Shown: positions 13,719-27,587 of the stretch, one piece after another | Layout: each line of letters begins with the position of its first letter | Position numbering within the stretch: the stretch's first letter is position 1 | Assembly: GCF_006345805.1 (NCBI RefSeq) | Contig: NC_042998.1 | Span: 184,512,001-184,576,000 of the forward strand | Reading direction: 5' to 3' | Source: Octopus sinensis | Lineage: Eukaryota | Length of the DNA: 64,000 nucleotides | Notes under the pieces: generated by a model | Databases searched by the model: none | The model's input: only the letters and a program-made list of their open reading frames with translations | Told to the model about the DNA's origin: nothing | Position numbers and translations under genes: made by a program

Positions 13719-15929
13719 ATGTGTGTGCTTGTGTGTATGTGTGTGTGTGCGCGTGTGTATGTGCCTGTGTGTATGTTATTTCACATACAAACACACACAC
13801 ATACACACACACACACATAAACATGTTATTTAATAAGAATGAAATTGGTCGTAAACCAATTTCGAAGACTATATTAATTGATAAGCATTTTATCCATTTT
13901 CTTTCTATATTTCAATTCGTTGAGGCGTTTCTTACCTTTTTATTTTAATTCTATTTCGCTATTCATAGTTTTCGATCCCTAGCGGTGTCAATCAGACCCA
14001 ATAATAACAATAATCCTTTACTAACTGCTACAAGCCTAAGTCATCTTTCCGTCTACCATCATGGCATTTCTTTAAAAAACGTAAAACCCCCAAATTCTAT
14101 ACCTCTCTTTATATATTATTTGCAATTTTCTTAGAGCTTATTATATTGTCATATTTCTGCCTATTGTAAACGAATTTATTAAACATGGGTATGAAAAAGA
14201 AAACTTTTCACCGCTCTAATTGGAGTGACTAACAATCATGTATCTTGTAGTATATCAAAGAATTTCTAGAATAATTGCTATTTTTTCACATACCCCCACT
14301 TCCACACACCGATTCTCTTGCTACGGCCATTATTTTTGTTACTCTATTTTGTTTTTGTTGTTAAAATGAATTGTATTTTATGTCGCTCCATCTACTCCCA
14401 CAAACAGAATAAGAAAATATTTGTTAAACAATGTAAAAATTTTCAATATATTGAAAAATATATGTTATTTGTTGAGGATATAGAAATTGTGTAGCAAATC
14501 AAGGGGGCATTTAACGTTGTAAGAGATAACTTAATAACAGGCTAAAACATATAAATTAATATCTCCTGTTGTATTTATGTTCTATAATGAAAAATAAAAT
14601 TAATAGTACAAAAAAAAATATACTATAATGAAGCATTGCACAAGTACTCTTAATAAAGTCAAAATGTGTTTTTCTTTAGTGAAGGTAAATGGATATTGAT
14701 ATGAAAATAAAATGAAATATCAAATTAAAAATATTGCCAGACAGAGTTGGTTTGTTTTTCTTTTGGTTTTGAAATAAATTACATATATTTTGTTATTTCA
14801 ATTAAAAGAATTGTTTCTTATATAGGCCTGAAGACTAAGATTCATAGTTAGAGGAAGATAAAAGATTGAAGCAACCTTGCAAATGTTTTTCGAAGTATTC
14901 ACGTTAAATCTACTGTTAGCAAAAGTACAAGAAAACCGTAGTAACATTTAGCAGAACGGCACAATAACGGGATTAGGAAAATAAGTACAAACAACAATAT
15001 TTGTAACAATTGCATTAATGATCCAACAAAGAAAACAGTAACGACTGCTCAAACATTATCAACCACAGTGACAGGAATTGCAGCAAAATATAACAGTAAT
15101 AATACTAACAATAATGAAGTGAAGCACAACTTCAGCAATAACAAGTTTTGAACCCAGGCACTTCAGTAGAATTAAAGCTATACAGAGAGCTATGGGCATA
15201 CACACTCACACATACACACAGAAAGTGTGCATTAGTTAGAAAGCAGATTAGAAGACAACACAAGCGAGCGCAGCCTTTCCTGTCCGTCAAACTGTCACAG
15301 TAAATATCAATTTATGCTACAATCCCAATAAAGGCTGTCACTTTCCTCAAGAGCACTAGAAGGAAATTTGTTCCAATAGTCCTCGCAACCGCCTTTTCTC
15401 TCTTCGATTCCATTTGTCCAACAACACTAGCAGAAGATTCATTAAGGAGAGAAACACGGACTGTCAAATTGGCATTCGATACAAACAAGGACATCAATAT
15501 ATGTAATAGAACGACAGTAGCGGGAAAGAATAACTATGTAAGCCATTGGTTGTAGCTAGACGACATTCGATCTAAGGTTGACGCTAGGGAAGATGGAGAG
15601 GGCATCAGTATAGCGATGAAGGGAATGAGGGTGTCAGGATAACTAAGGAAATGAAGACGTATATATGATAGTCGAGGAAATCTTAGACAGAAGATGGAAG
15701 TGCAATACAGTATACCTGGATAACATTTCAACTAAAATAATTGTTAACATTATAAACATGAAATAACCTATAAATTGCAATTATATAGGTTTACATCGTT
15801 TCATATGCAAAGTTATTTTCTAAGTAACATTATTGTTTGTATGTATGTGTGCATGTATGTATGTATGTATGTATGTATGTATGTATGTATGTATGTATGT
15901 ATGTATGTATGTATGTATGTATGTATGTA

Positions 15930-15971
<42 letters not shown>

Positions 15972-16395
15972 GCTGAGCGTGACTTAGTGGTCAGAGTGTT
16001 GCACTCATGATCGTGAGAATGTGGTTTCGATTCCCGAACCGGGCGATGTGTTGTGTTCTTGAGTAAAACAGTTCATTTTACGTTGCTCCAGCCCTAAAAT
16101 CTGTGACAGATCGATGTACCTGTTCGTCACAAGATTACTAATTTTTGCTAGAATCCAGCCTTATGAGCTTATGGAAAAGCGGATTGGGCTCTGAATGACG
16201 TCGTTGGGTCTTATGACATACGCGTATCTGCGCACGTCAGCAAACGTTCGTATCCTGTTCTAATAAGAATGAATTCGTTCTTATCGAGACGTAAATGACA
16301 AATTTGGTGTTCGGAGTGGACGACGCGAGAGAACACAGTCGTGTTTTCAATAGAACATGTCCGAAAAAAAATCTGTTCCTTAGATCTATTTCTCT

Positions 16396-16464
<69 letters not shown>

Positions 16465-16488
16465 CCAATCAATTAATCAATCAAAGAG

Positions 16489-16661
<173 letters not shown>

Positions 16662-18859
16662 TTCTCTCTCTATCTATCCATTTACACATATATACATATG
16701 TATATACATGTATGTATATTTACATTTTAAATTATGCATAATAATAATAATAATAGTAGTAAAAAAAAAACGTCAATGGTTTCAGTGTACGAATCGAAAT
16801 GTCGACACTGTATTCAGACTATAGTGAAATTATTAAGCAATGTCTTTCTCCATACGCAAAAGTACTATCAACATTTTCTAGTGGAAATGAAACCTATAAA
16901 TTGGAATAGAGTAACTGGCCTCGTAACTTATAGACTGACCTTTTGCCGGCTTTTCAGTTTGAATTAAAATCCAATAAATTAGAGACACTATAGTACATAT
17001 ATTCAGTGAAAAAAAAAGTCGATAAAATATCCAATTATTAGTGATATTAAACGTATAAAACCATAAAAAATATTAAGAACGAATAAAGGTGAAGGGAAGA
17101 AAAAGAAACATAAAAAAATAAACCCACAATGAAATCATTTTGTCTCAACTTCTTCACAGAGAGAATAGCTCGAGTGGTATGTTTTTGGCGGACATTTGGA
17201 ATAAATCAGCCTAGTTCACATCAAATTTATCCATCATTGTAACCATTTCTATAGCAACGTGCAGAAAGTAACTACCTTTTATGGCAACAAACGCATTTCA
17301 ATACTCACGTATAATTTCTTGTATTAAGGATATATATGTGTGCGTACATACACATACTCTCTCTCACACATATACATAGATATATATGTGTGTATACATG
17401 TGTATACATGTATATATATTATATATATATATATAGGCATATGTATGTATATGCATATATGCAAGCATATATATGATGTATTTATATACATATATACACA
17501 TATGTATATATATAAGTATATACATATACATACATACAGGTACATACATACATATATATATATATACACACATATATGTATATATATATATGTATGTATA
17601 TATGTATATATGTATATACACACATACTCATACGCAAACATGCGTGTATGCACATGCATATATATTCGCGTTTTATGAGCATAAATGCAATAACTAACAA
17701 ATAATGATATAAAAATTAGAACTAAAATGATTAATAAAAAAACAACAGACTTATTCGATTAAACATATAAACATATACATGCACACAGAACTATTGAAAT
17801 TGAAATACAGGCACCGGGCGCATGCACACACGTAAAGGCAGTGGAGCAAGAATATGGAGCTTATAAGAAGTGATATTGCTAAGACTATGAGTTATAACTT
17901 AAAAGGAAGTAGAATGTTTATGTATAACAGAGTGTTGTAAATTTTTTATTAAAAAGAGACAAATGTCACATAAAAATTAAACACACATAGATTTACACAT
18001 GCTGACATAAACACATGCATCACTAAATGCATCTTGCATTCGTTTCGATTATGAGTCCTCGATTTGTTCGTTCAACTCAACTGAATAACAGAGTAAGTGG
18101 CTGAGTATATCCTGGACAATTTTTTTTTTGTTTATTTCGTCCTCAAGCATCCTCGGTATGACATTGCAAGTGACAGGACTCTGGCCGCTTGAATTATTGC
18201 TTTCGTCCATTCGACCGGCTTCCACACAGTTTGTTGTTACGTTAAATTAAGCACAAATTTGGATCGACACGAGACAACGGCAGACACTTGCTAATGGTGT
18301 CGCACAGTCGGATAAAATCCAAAATTTTATAATTACGAAGTGAACTTTTCCTAACCATTGTGCTATATCTGTACTGCATCTGTATGTGCCTCCTTACGCG
18401 TACTAATACGATTTTTTATAACAAAGGTGAGATTGACTTGAATATCTATCAAGAGCTTGTACAAAATTCTATGAAAATATCCCCCCAAATCACTTGGAAA
18501 GCATTTCCCTTTTTTATTATTTTTTTTATTTACCATTTGATTTTATTCGATCTGGACTAGATTACCCAGCCAGGAATATGTGTTAATCGTTTAAAAGGTG
18601 AAACGTTTCATTGAGGTGTGTCTTCTATTGTCGCCAAGAAAATGAACCATGCCCACGATACGCATCTGAAAACGCCAATTCTCTGTTAAGACCACTAAAT
18701 GGGTTAATTAAAATTGTGCCTTTTCTACTAACATGATTGCTATAATATTGTTGATGGAAGTGAAGAGAAGGATAATCATGATGATTGTAAATAGAATGAT
18801 GATAGTAATAAAGGAAGTAAGGAATAGTTTCATAGAGAAAGCTCAAAGGTTTTCTAGCT

Positions 18860-18896
18860 GGACTGTAGTAGCAGTAGCAGCAGCAGTAGCAGCAGC

Positions 18897-18935
<39 letters not shown>

Positions 18936-19021
18936 GGTGGTGGTGGAGGTGGTTGTGGAGGTGGTGGTGGAGGTGGTGCTGGTGGTGCTGATGGTATTGG
19001 TGGTGGTGGTAGTAGTAGTAC

Positions 19022-19082
<61 letters not shown>

Positions 19083-19110
19083 GGCAGTAGTAGTAGTGGT
19101 AGTAGTAAGA
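18860..19110. repeat. (GTA)/(GTG)n block
   Basis: Direct reading. Confidence 0.95.
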
Positions 19111-19434
19111 GAATTTTTTCTTGAACAGATAACTCATAGATTTATTTGAAAAGAGACATAAGAATGTGTGATACGCATGCTTTTCCCGAAAGTGTTGCAC
19201 AATGCCAACTGCTGCAGAAATCAGATTATGAGCGCAACCCAACGTTATTTAACTTCTTTAATCGCACACGAATGAGTGAATGAGAAATCCCCTACTCGGA
19301 CTGTTCAATTCCTAGAAGTAACAGTTCAACCTCTCCAAATAATAGCTTAATTTCTCAAGGATTATGCAACAACAACTACAGCACACTTGCTGCGCATAAC
19401 ATTCCTGTTAAACATATACACACACATATACACT

Positions 19435-19480
<46 letters not shown>

Positions 19481-19685
19481 AAATATTATATATATATGGA
19501 TATAGATGTATATATATATATAATATATATATATATCTATATATATATATATATATATAATATAGACATCATACATACATAAATCCTGAGCGCCACACTA
19601 ATACAATTGTTTGTTTGTATTCCACCTGCCTTCGTCTTTTGTATTTTCATAAAGCTTCCCGTTATATAATATATATGTATATATG

Positions 19686-19735
<50 letters not shown>

Positions 19736-19791
19736 CACACGCATATATACATACCTACATACATATATACATAAATACGTACATTGGAACG

Positions 19792-19850
<59 letters not shown>

Positions 19851-20219
19851 GTCAATAGATGAGATCCAGAGATTATCAGTATAGAAGATACTTAGTGCTC
19901 AAAAGATTCCAACTCAGCTTCGATGTTTTTACAAGGGATCGATTTCACAAGGTAACGAATGGCTGTAAGAGAGACTAAGTTGAACGGATATAGAGGCAAC
20001 TTTGCGGATAAAGAAATTAGGTACCTTAAATATATTACATGTATTAAATATAATAATTTGGGTTAGTGACTTATTCACGAATATACCAACACTAGCGCTT
20101 ATGAGGGTAATTTTATCTGGTAACGCACAAAAGCCTTTTTCAGAGTTATTTACTTAGAATTGTTATTATCTCATATTTGATTAGCCTCTTATTACGTAAC
20201 ATGCCTCACGATTTTAGTA

Positions 20220-20552
20220 TACATACCTTATTAGCATTTCCTCTTATGTTCTATAAACTCTGGGAACGTATTAAAGCCCTTTTCGGGGTTACTTTATTTG
20301 AATTCTTACTATCGGGTGACTAATTTCATGTTATTACATAACTGACTTCATAATTTGGGTATTCATAATTTATTGGGAATTCCTAAAAACAAGATCCTGT
20401 GTAAGACAGTTCGGTATTCTCTGTAAATGCACAAAAACCGTTTTAAGGGTTACATGCTTTGTATTGTTGTTATTGGATTAGCAAAACAATTATGAGAACG
20501 GAACCAAGGGATAAGCCCCGCTTTCCTGGATATTGCCGAGTAGGTCAGCTGG
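20220..20552 (+). mobile_element. Possible Helitron 3' end
   Basis: Imperfect hairpin CCTGGATATTGCCGAG, then CTGG|T (fits CTRR) at 20549-20553, abutting (TA)n. Left boundary unknown. Confidence 0.35.
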
Positions 20553-20555
20553 TAT

Positions 20556-20587
<32 letters not shown>

Positions 20588-20599
20588 CCATACATGCAT

Positions 20600-20898
20600 A
20601 GTGAAACTAATAGAAATGAAACTATTAGAAAGTGAAACTATTACATCACATTACAATAGAGATATTGTTTCACTTTTGACACGTAATGCTGAACAGTGTA
20701 AGAAATTGCTACGGGCTCGCATTAAGCAAGAAGTTGAAAATGTTTTTGGCCCATGACACTTCATGGGCCCTAAGTAATGCATGTGTAAAACTTGAATGGA
20801 ATCGGTTGGGTAGTTCTCCAGTTTTAGTGATGCACACACATACATACAGGCAGATAAACAGACAGACAAACGCACATTCTCAGTTTTATATATATGGA
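20600..20898 (-). mobile_element. Helitron-like 5' portion
   Basis: Minus strand A|TCCATATATATAAAACTGAGAATGTGCGTTTGTCTGTCTG...ACTAAAACTGGAGAACTACCCAACCGATT, a layout typical of non-autonomous Helitron 5' ends. No 3' hairpin found. Confidence 0.45.
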
Positions 20899-21454
20899 TA
20901 TATTTACATATGTGCAGACACATACGCACATATATTACTTTAGCTGTATTTGAATATTCTCGTTCAGTGCCAGAAAAACAAATGCCGTAGTATATAAACT
21001 TTAAAAAAATGCACTGTTACGAGATAACCAATTTCTCCCTGTCAAACCGGTTTCTTTTTAACTAGACACAATGGCATAATATTTTAAGTAAAAGCCAATT
21101 TCAAGTTGTGACATTTAAGCCATTCATGAAATCCCTATTGCTAATAGTAATGTGAAGTACCATCAACTGTGCTACGAAATGGCATCGCTGTCACAACCTG
21201 TCATACAAGACATTGAATGAAATATGCCGGAGAACTCATTCATGTAAAATAATATGGCAGTGTTTTACATATTTATTAACAAATTTTCTTGCTCCAAGTC
21301 ACACACATATGTAAATGTATGCATACAATACACATAGAGACTTAACACACACACACACACACGCACGCACACACACATGTATAAATATGTATATGTATTT
21401 ATATGTGATATATATATGTGTAACACGCACACACCCCCCCCCACATACATACTT

Positions 21455-21630
21455 TTATTCTTTATTTGTTTCAGTCATTTGTCTGCGGCTTTAGTCGAGC
21501 AAATCGACCCCAAGAATTGTAAGCCTAGTACTTATTCTGTCAGTGTCTTTTGCCGAACCGCTAAGTTACTGGGACACAAACACACCACCATCGGTTGTCA
21601 AGCAATGGTGGGGGACAAACACAGACACAC
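21455..21630 (-). mobile_element. SINE family A, 3' half
   Basis: TTGTTTCAGTCATT...GTCGAGCAAATCGACCCC...TCGGTTGTCAAGCAATG. Further degenerate pieces at about 1040-1200, 5630-5790, 22120-22220 and 49828-49995. Confidence 0.7.
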
Positions 21631-21916
21631 AAACTATACATATACATGTATATATATATATATATATATACGATATTATATATAATTATACATATATATA
21701 TTACATTATATATATATATAGATATATATATATATTATATATAATAGATAATAATATATATATATATATATATATTATATAGAATATATTATTTATATAT
21801 AAATAATATATATATATTATATATATATATAATATATATATATATGGTTATAAATGAGAGCAAAAGAAAAATTTTCTTTGCCACCATGCTGAATCGTCGC
21901 GCATGAGTATATTTTC

Positions 21917-21991
<75 letters not shown>

Positions 21992-22234
21992 TAATTTTTG
22001 TATAACTGTCGGCCGTTGAGTTCCTCTGTAACTTCTACTCATTAATAATAAAGCACACACAGATGTAAGTATATACACACTAAAGTTCCTGAGTTAAGGC
22101 AATTTCGTTCTTCTTCAACCACGCTGCTCTTGGTTTTGTCCTACTGCATGGTACCTTGAGGTGTCTTCTACGATAGTCCCGGACCGACTAAAGCCTTGTG
22201 AGTGGATTTGGTATGCGAAACTGAAAGAAGTCCG

Positions 22235-22287
<53 letters not shown>

Positions 22288-23361
22288 CGCACGCACAGGC
22301 ACACGCGGTCTAGTGGTTAGGGTGTTGTACCCACGAACGTGAGATCGCGATTTCAATTCTTACATTGGACGGAGCGTTGAGCTTTGAGCAAAATATTTGA
22401 TCTCACTTTGCTCTGCGATTACTTGGACACCTGACAGTGCATCTGTTCAGAATGTCGATTTGATGGAGAGAGTGAGCTAATGTGAGGCACGAACATTTGA
22501 TCACTATAAACAAATCGTTTGAGCAGGTCTTTCGGCAAAAGCTGTATGTATGTATGTATGTATGTTTATACGTCGTCTTCGATGGGAGAGTCCATCATAT
22601 ATATAAGCATGTATACATACAATCATTGAAACCAGTAAAAGCAGAAATATTTCACCAAAGGAAATATTCTTTCTTCTGAAATGAAGGTTTAGACATATCA
22701 TATTCCTTTACTCTCAACGTTATTCCAGCCTACCCCAATCCAAGTACTTCATTGTGTATTTGGTCTCAGGCAGACTACTTTCAGTTTCTTCAGACTCTGT
22801 TTTACCTACCTACCTACCTACCTACCTACTTACCTACCTACATACATACATACATACATACATAGGCTGGATATTGTAGTTTGGGACAGACAAGGAATCA
22901 TATGTACCGTCATTGAGGTCAGCTGTACTGCTGTGGATATCTCGTTAATTTTCAAAGAGAAAGAAGGTAACTAGGGACAACTAATTTGAAACCTCCAGCT
23001 TCTATACCCAGATGACAAATATACATTTCTAACAGTAATAATTGGTGCACTTGGTTTTGTGAGTAAATACCTAGTTGACAGTCTGCATAAGCTTGGATTT
23101 TCAGGAAAAGAAATCAAATAAATAATTCATACATTTTAAATACTATCTATAATTGGAAGGGTAAAAATATGCAAGGTTTTTGTCAAGTGTAGAATGTTTT
23201 TGCAAACTACATTCCAACGATGGAGCTTTGTATCTTTGTTAAAAACCAGCTCCTTCCTCAGAGGAAGAATTTAGGTAATTAAGAACAGAAGAGAACATAT
23301 TGGCATGCTTGCATGCATGCATACATACATACATACATACATACATACATACATACATACA

Positions 23362-23392
<31 letters not shown>

Positions 23393-26115
23393 TCACATAA
23401 ATATTTGTGTTTGTGTGTGTCTGTGTGTGTTTTCGTGTGTGTATGTATGCATGTATACTTTGATATGGCGAATGAAAGGAAATAGAAAGTAGATTTTATA
23501 ATTTTAGAACGGTATTATATGTGTATGTGTATGTGTGTGTATGTGTGTGTGTGTATGTGTTTGTGTGTGTACGTACGTGTGTGGATATATACCAAATATA
23601 TTGCTTTCAAATTTTGGCACAAGGTCAGCAATTTCGGGGGAGGCGAAAGTCGATTACGGCGATCTCAGTGCTCAACTGGTAACTATTTTATGGACAGCGA
23701 AGGATGAAATGAAAAGTCGATCTCGATGGAACTTGAACTCAGAACGCAAACGATTCTGCCAGCACGCCACCTTGTGTATACCTAATATATTAAAAGCTGA
23801 ATCCAGAAACAGTTACTCCAAGTTTCTCGTTACCGATTTGCAGATGATTACGAAGAATGAATATGAAATTTGATATTTAAAGCGCATACAACATAAAGAA
23901 ACGAATATCAAAGGTAATGATGGTTGAATGACATGGAATAACAAAGGAATATTATTGGTTATCGATGCCACCGTTGTTTTGAGAAGGAGGGAATGGTTAA
24001 CGCTTATCGAGGAGAGGATTTATTGCACGGCCCTCACCTCCTCAACACACACGCGCGCGTGCGCACCCCACCCCACACACCCAGACAAAACTAAACGTAA
24101 TAACAACAGAAGCGAATTTATACAATATAAGAGAATTAAGCGTCATAATAACAGAAAAGAAATATCTTATAGCAATTAAGTCTCTTTGAAGGTGTGGATA
24201 AAAAAGAGCGGTGATAAAAATATCATCCTATTGTTTCAGATTTTATTGTTTTTGTTTCTTTGAATATACATAATTTTGAAGTATTTTGAATAATGTCTAT
24301 CATATGAAAGAGCTCTCATTTAACCCATCAACACTTTGAAATAATATCAATAATTTCTTATTTAAGCAAAGCTTGCAGTACAGATTTGAAGATTATAATG
24401 TACATTATGAATGACAAGATTTAGGGTTGACCACAGGAATTAAAACGCAGCAAATACTGTTTCTTTCAAATACCAAATGTAGTTAGAGAGGCTGGTGTCA
24501 TGTTTTATTTCAGGTTTTTAAATGCATGAAATATATTCATAAAATAGTATTTTAAAATAATTTTTGCTGAGAACATGTAAATTCTGGAAACAGTACTATT
24601 ATGGGGTTGAACATAATATTAAAGTTTGCGAAAGCGAATGACTGTTAAAGGATAATCACCGAAGAAGGGAGCACATTATTGGTATTTGAGAGAATTCCAC
24701 AATTCAAACAGTCACTGAAATTTGCAAAGTTCCTACATGTTTAGCTTAGCTATATTTCTGTCAAAAGTCTGATGACATCAATATTTTGTTTGAAAAATAA
24801 ACAAAAAATTTAATTTTATTTTCTGGTAAGCATACATCTAAAGCTTCCTAATCAACACTATCAAAATCAGTTTAACTTTGCTGTGAGCTGTCGAACCTCG
24901 CATCCATTTCATTGCATTACATCTATTCCCCAGTTGTACTCCAGAGATCTCACCCGCTTGTTAGTGAGTGTATGTGTGTGTATATATATTAATATATATA
25001 CGCATACATACACATATAAATATACATATACATGCATTCACAGACATACAGGGACACACACACAGGCACAGACACACATACAGTGGCGCTCGCACACTCA
25101 GACACACTCGAATACTTACCTCCGTTATTCCTATATACATATTTAATACATTTTGTTTACATTTTAATTGGTAAAGTATATCTCTCAGTATGATTAATTT
25201 CATAATTTTAATATACAGTGTTATTCCCATACGCAAACAAATACTTTCAGTAGAAAATTTTCTTGTATAAAATTCATGTATATTTTTATGATTTTATTGC
25301 TATTACACGAAGTTACATTTTAATATAGATTGTTTACAACTAAACCCAATGTATATTTCATTCAAAAATTTTTAAATGATTCACCACTTTTTCTACATAC
25401 AAAACTTGTTTTCTACAGACTTAACATTGACTATAATATTACCATTTTCCTAGTCACAAATGTCGCAGAATGCACTCCGATCTCGTCGTCTATGGAGGTT
25501 TTTTTTCTTTTTTTTTAGAGGCCTTAACAAACGCTGCCAATGTGTTTTGATACCCATTTAAAAATTTGCTATCAGTTTCGAATATTTTCTGCATTTTCTG
25601 ATTATGCATGCATAGCTCCATCTAAAAGAAAAAAAAATCCCCCATTGAAGACGAGATGGAAGTGCACTCTGCGACATTTGTGACTATATACATATATACA
25701 TATACACATATATACAAAATATGGGGGTACGCTAGGTAAGTTCTGTAAGAGATTACTAGGGCTCCAAGGTTATAGCTGAGAAGATAGTTATGGAACCATT
25801 GCAGATTTCCGATATAGCAGATATATAATTGTTAAAGAGGACTTTCCAGAAACTTGGCGTTTAAGTATATATCGTTTAAGCATATCTAGATATGCAACTA
25901 TATGCATGAGAATACATATACATACATACATACATACATACATACATACATACATACATACATACATACATACATACATACATACATACATACATACATA
26001 CAAAAATACCTTGTTGATGTAGAAATTCCAATGCAGGAGCCTTAGAAGCCGGCTCTTATTAGCAAGAAAAAATTAAATAAAACTGAATAATGATACACAA
26101 CACATATATTAATAT

Positions 26116-26212
<97 letters not shown>

Positions 26213-26225
26213 ATTATATATTATG

Positions 26226-26744
26226 TGTGTGTATCATAAGTTGAAGACGGGAAGGATGACTTCCCTTTGCAAATACTGACAGGACACAGAAAGTGTGTCT
26301 ATGGCCAGATGGAGGAGTGTGTCCTCCTGGGGCTAAAAACTACAGTAGCATCCACCTTAGGGGTAGCCATATTGAAATGGCAAATATACGTCACGATGTG
26401 TTACCGCTACTGTATATAACTCACTTTGATATTATCATTGTTTGATTTCACTTTTTCAATATCAGCGACAGTGGACGCTGGAAAAAGTATAAGTATTTGT
26501 GAAGGAAATCTAATTCTCGGCGACAACTATGATTGTCACACGCTGACGAGAGGTCAATACCTCGAAACTCGAGTCCGTGTGTATCATAAGTTGAAGACGG
26601 GAAGGATGACTTCCCTTTGCAAATACTGACAGGAACAGAAAGTGTGTCTATGGCCAGCTGGAGGAGTGTGTCCTCCTGGGGCTAAAAACTACAGTAGCAT
26701 CCACCCTTAGGGGTAGCCATATTGAAATGGCAAATATACGTCAC
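26226..26744 (+). mobile_element. Non-LTR retrozyme-like element: one full 350-nt monomer (26226-26575) plus a 169-nt partial second copy (26576-26744), inserted in (TA)n
   Basis: Direct repeat with period 350 (GTATCATAAG at 26231 and 26581; TCAC ends at 26394 and 26744). The copies differ by only about 4 changes. A hammerhead ribozyme spans the unit junction. TA-rich arrays flank both sides. Confidence 0.88.
26528..26588 (+). ncRNA. Type I hammerhead ribozyme
   Basis: Stem I CACACG(26537-42)/CGTGTG(26576-81), extended by TATGAT/ATCATA beyond an internal loop. Core CTGACGA (26543-49). Stem II GAGG-TCAATA-CCTC. GAAAC (26564-68), loop TCGA, cleavage triplet GTC (26573-75). Stem III region ACTCGAGT is a perfect palindrome. 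Confidence 0.93.
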
Positions 26745-26844
26745 TATATATATAATATACATAATACATATATATGTATATATATATTTATACATATATA
26801 CTTATATATGTATACACACACACACACATATATATATATGTACA

Positions 26845-27018
26845 GGTGTGGCTTATAGGCGTAAATGTGGGTTTGTGGTCAGAGTTCAGTTTCTCAACTA
26901 CATGGTTCCCGGTTCAATCCCACTGAGTGGCACCTTGGGTGAGTGTTTTCTACTATAGTCTCGGTCCGACGAAAGCCTTATGAGTGGACTTAGAAGACGG
27001 AAACTGAAAGAAGCCTGT

Positions 27019-27063
<45 letters not shown>

Positions 27064-27245
27064 CTGTTTGTGTGGGGGTGTATGAGTGTATGTGTGTGTG
27101 TGTCTTTGTGCCGGTGTTTGATCTCCATCATCACTTGACACAACGGTTGTTTATGCCTTTGTAACTTCGTGGTTCGGCAAAAGATGCCGAGAGAATAAAT
27201 ACCCGGCTTAAAAAGATATAAGTACTGGGTCGTTTCGTCCGAGTA
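26845..27245 (+). mobile_element. SINE family A, diverged
   Basis: GGTTCAATCCCACTGAGTGGCACCTTGGG...GAAACTGAAAGAAGCCTGTCG...AGAATAAATACCCGGCTT. Confidence 0.7.
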
Positions 27246-27324
27246 GGAGATAAGATAATATAATATATATATATATATATATATATTATAATATATATAT
27301 ATATATATATATGTATATAAAGTT

Positions 27325-27522
27325 AATTCAAACATGAAAAACAAAGAGAAAAACACTACAACGCGTGGACGTGGAATATGTATAGTGTTATTAGACGCTC
27401 AGGAAAGGAAAGAAAGAAGGAGGATTTAACGTTTCGAGCGGAGCTCTTCGTCAGAAACAGAAAAGGGAAGATCCAAGGAGGGAAGACGGAGGAAAAAAAA
27501 TCGCCAACGATACACACGCGGT

Positions 27523-27587
<65 letters not shown>

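Noticed and set aside
22765-22800. Minus-strand CTGAAGA-AACT-GAAA, and a similar string near 57215-57232
   Set aside because: Stem II is too short to form and stem I is unsupported; chance matches.
24320-24610. piggyBac-like TTAACCC...GGGTTGA ends
   Set aside because: The TIR match is only about 5 bp and the right TTAA is imperfect.
26426-26629. 67-aa ORF running through the hammerhead
   Set aside because: No recognisable motif. The unit length of 350 is not a multiple of 3, so there is no in-frame endless ORF on a circle. Likely incidental.
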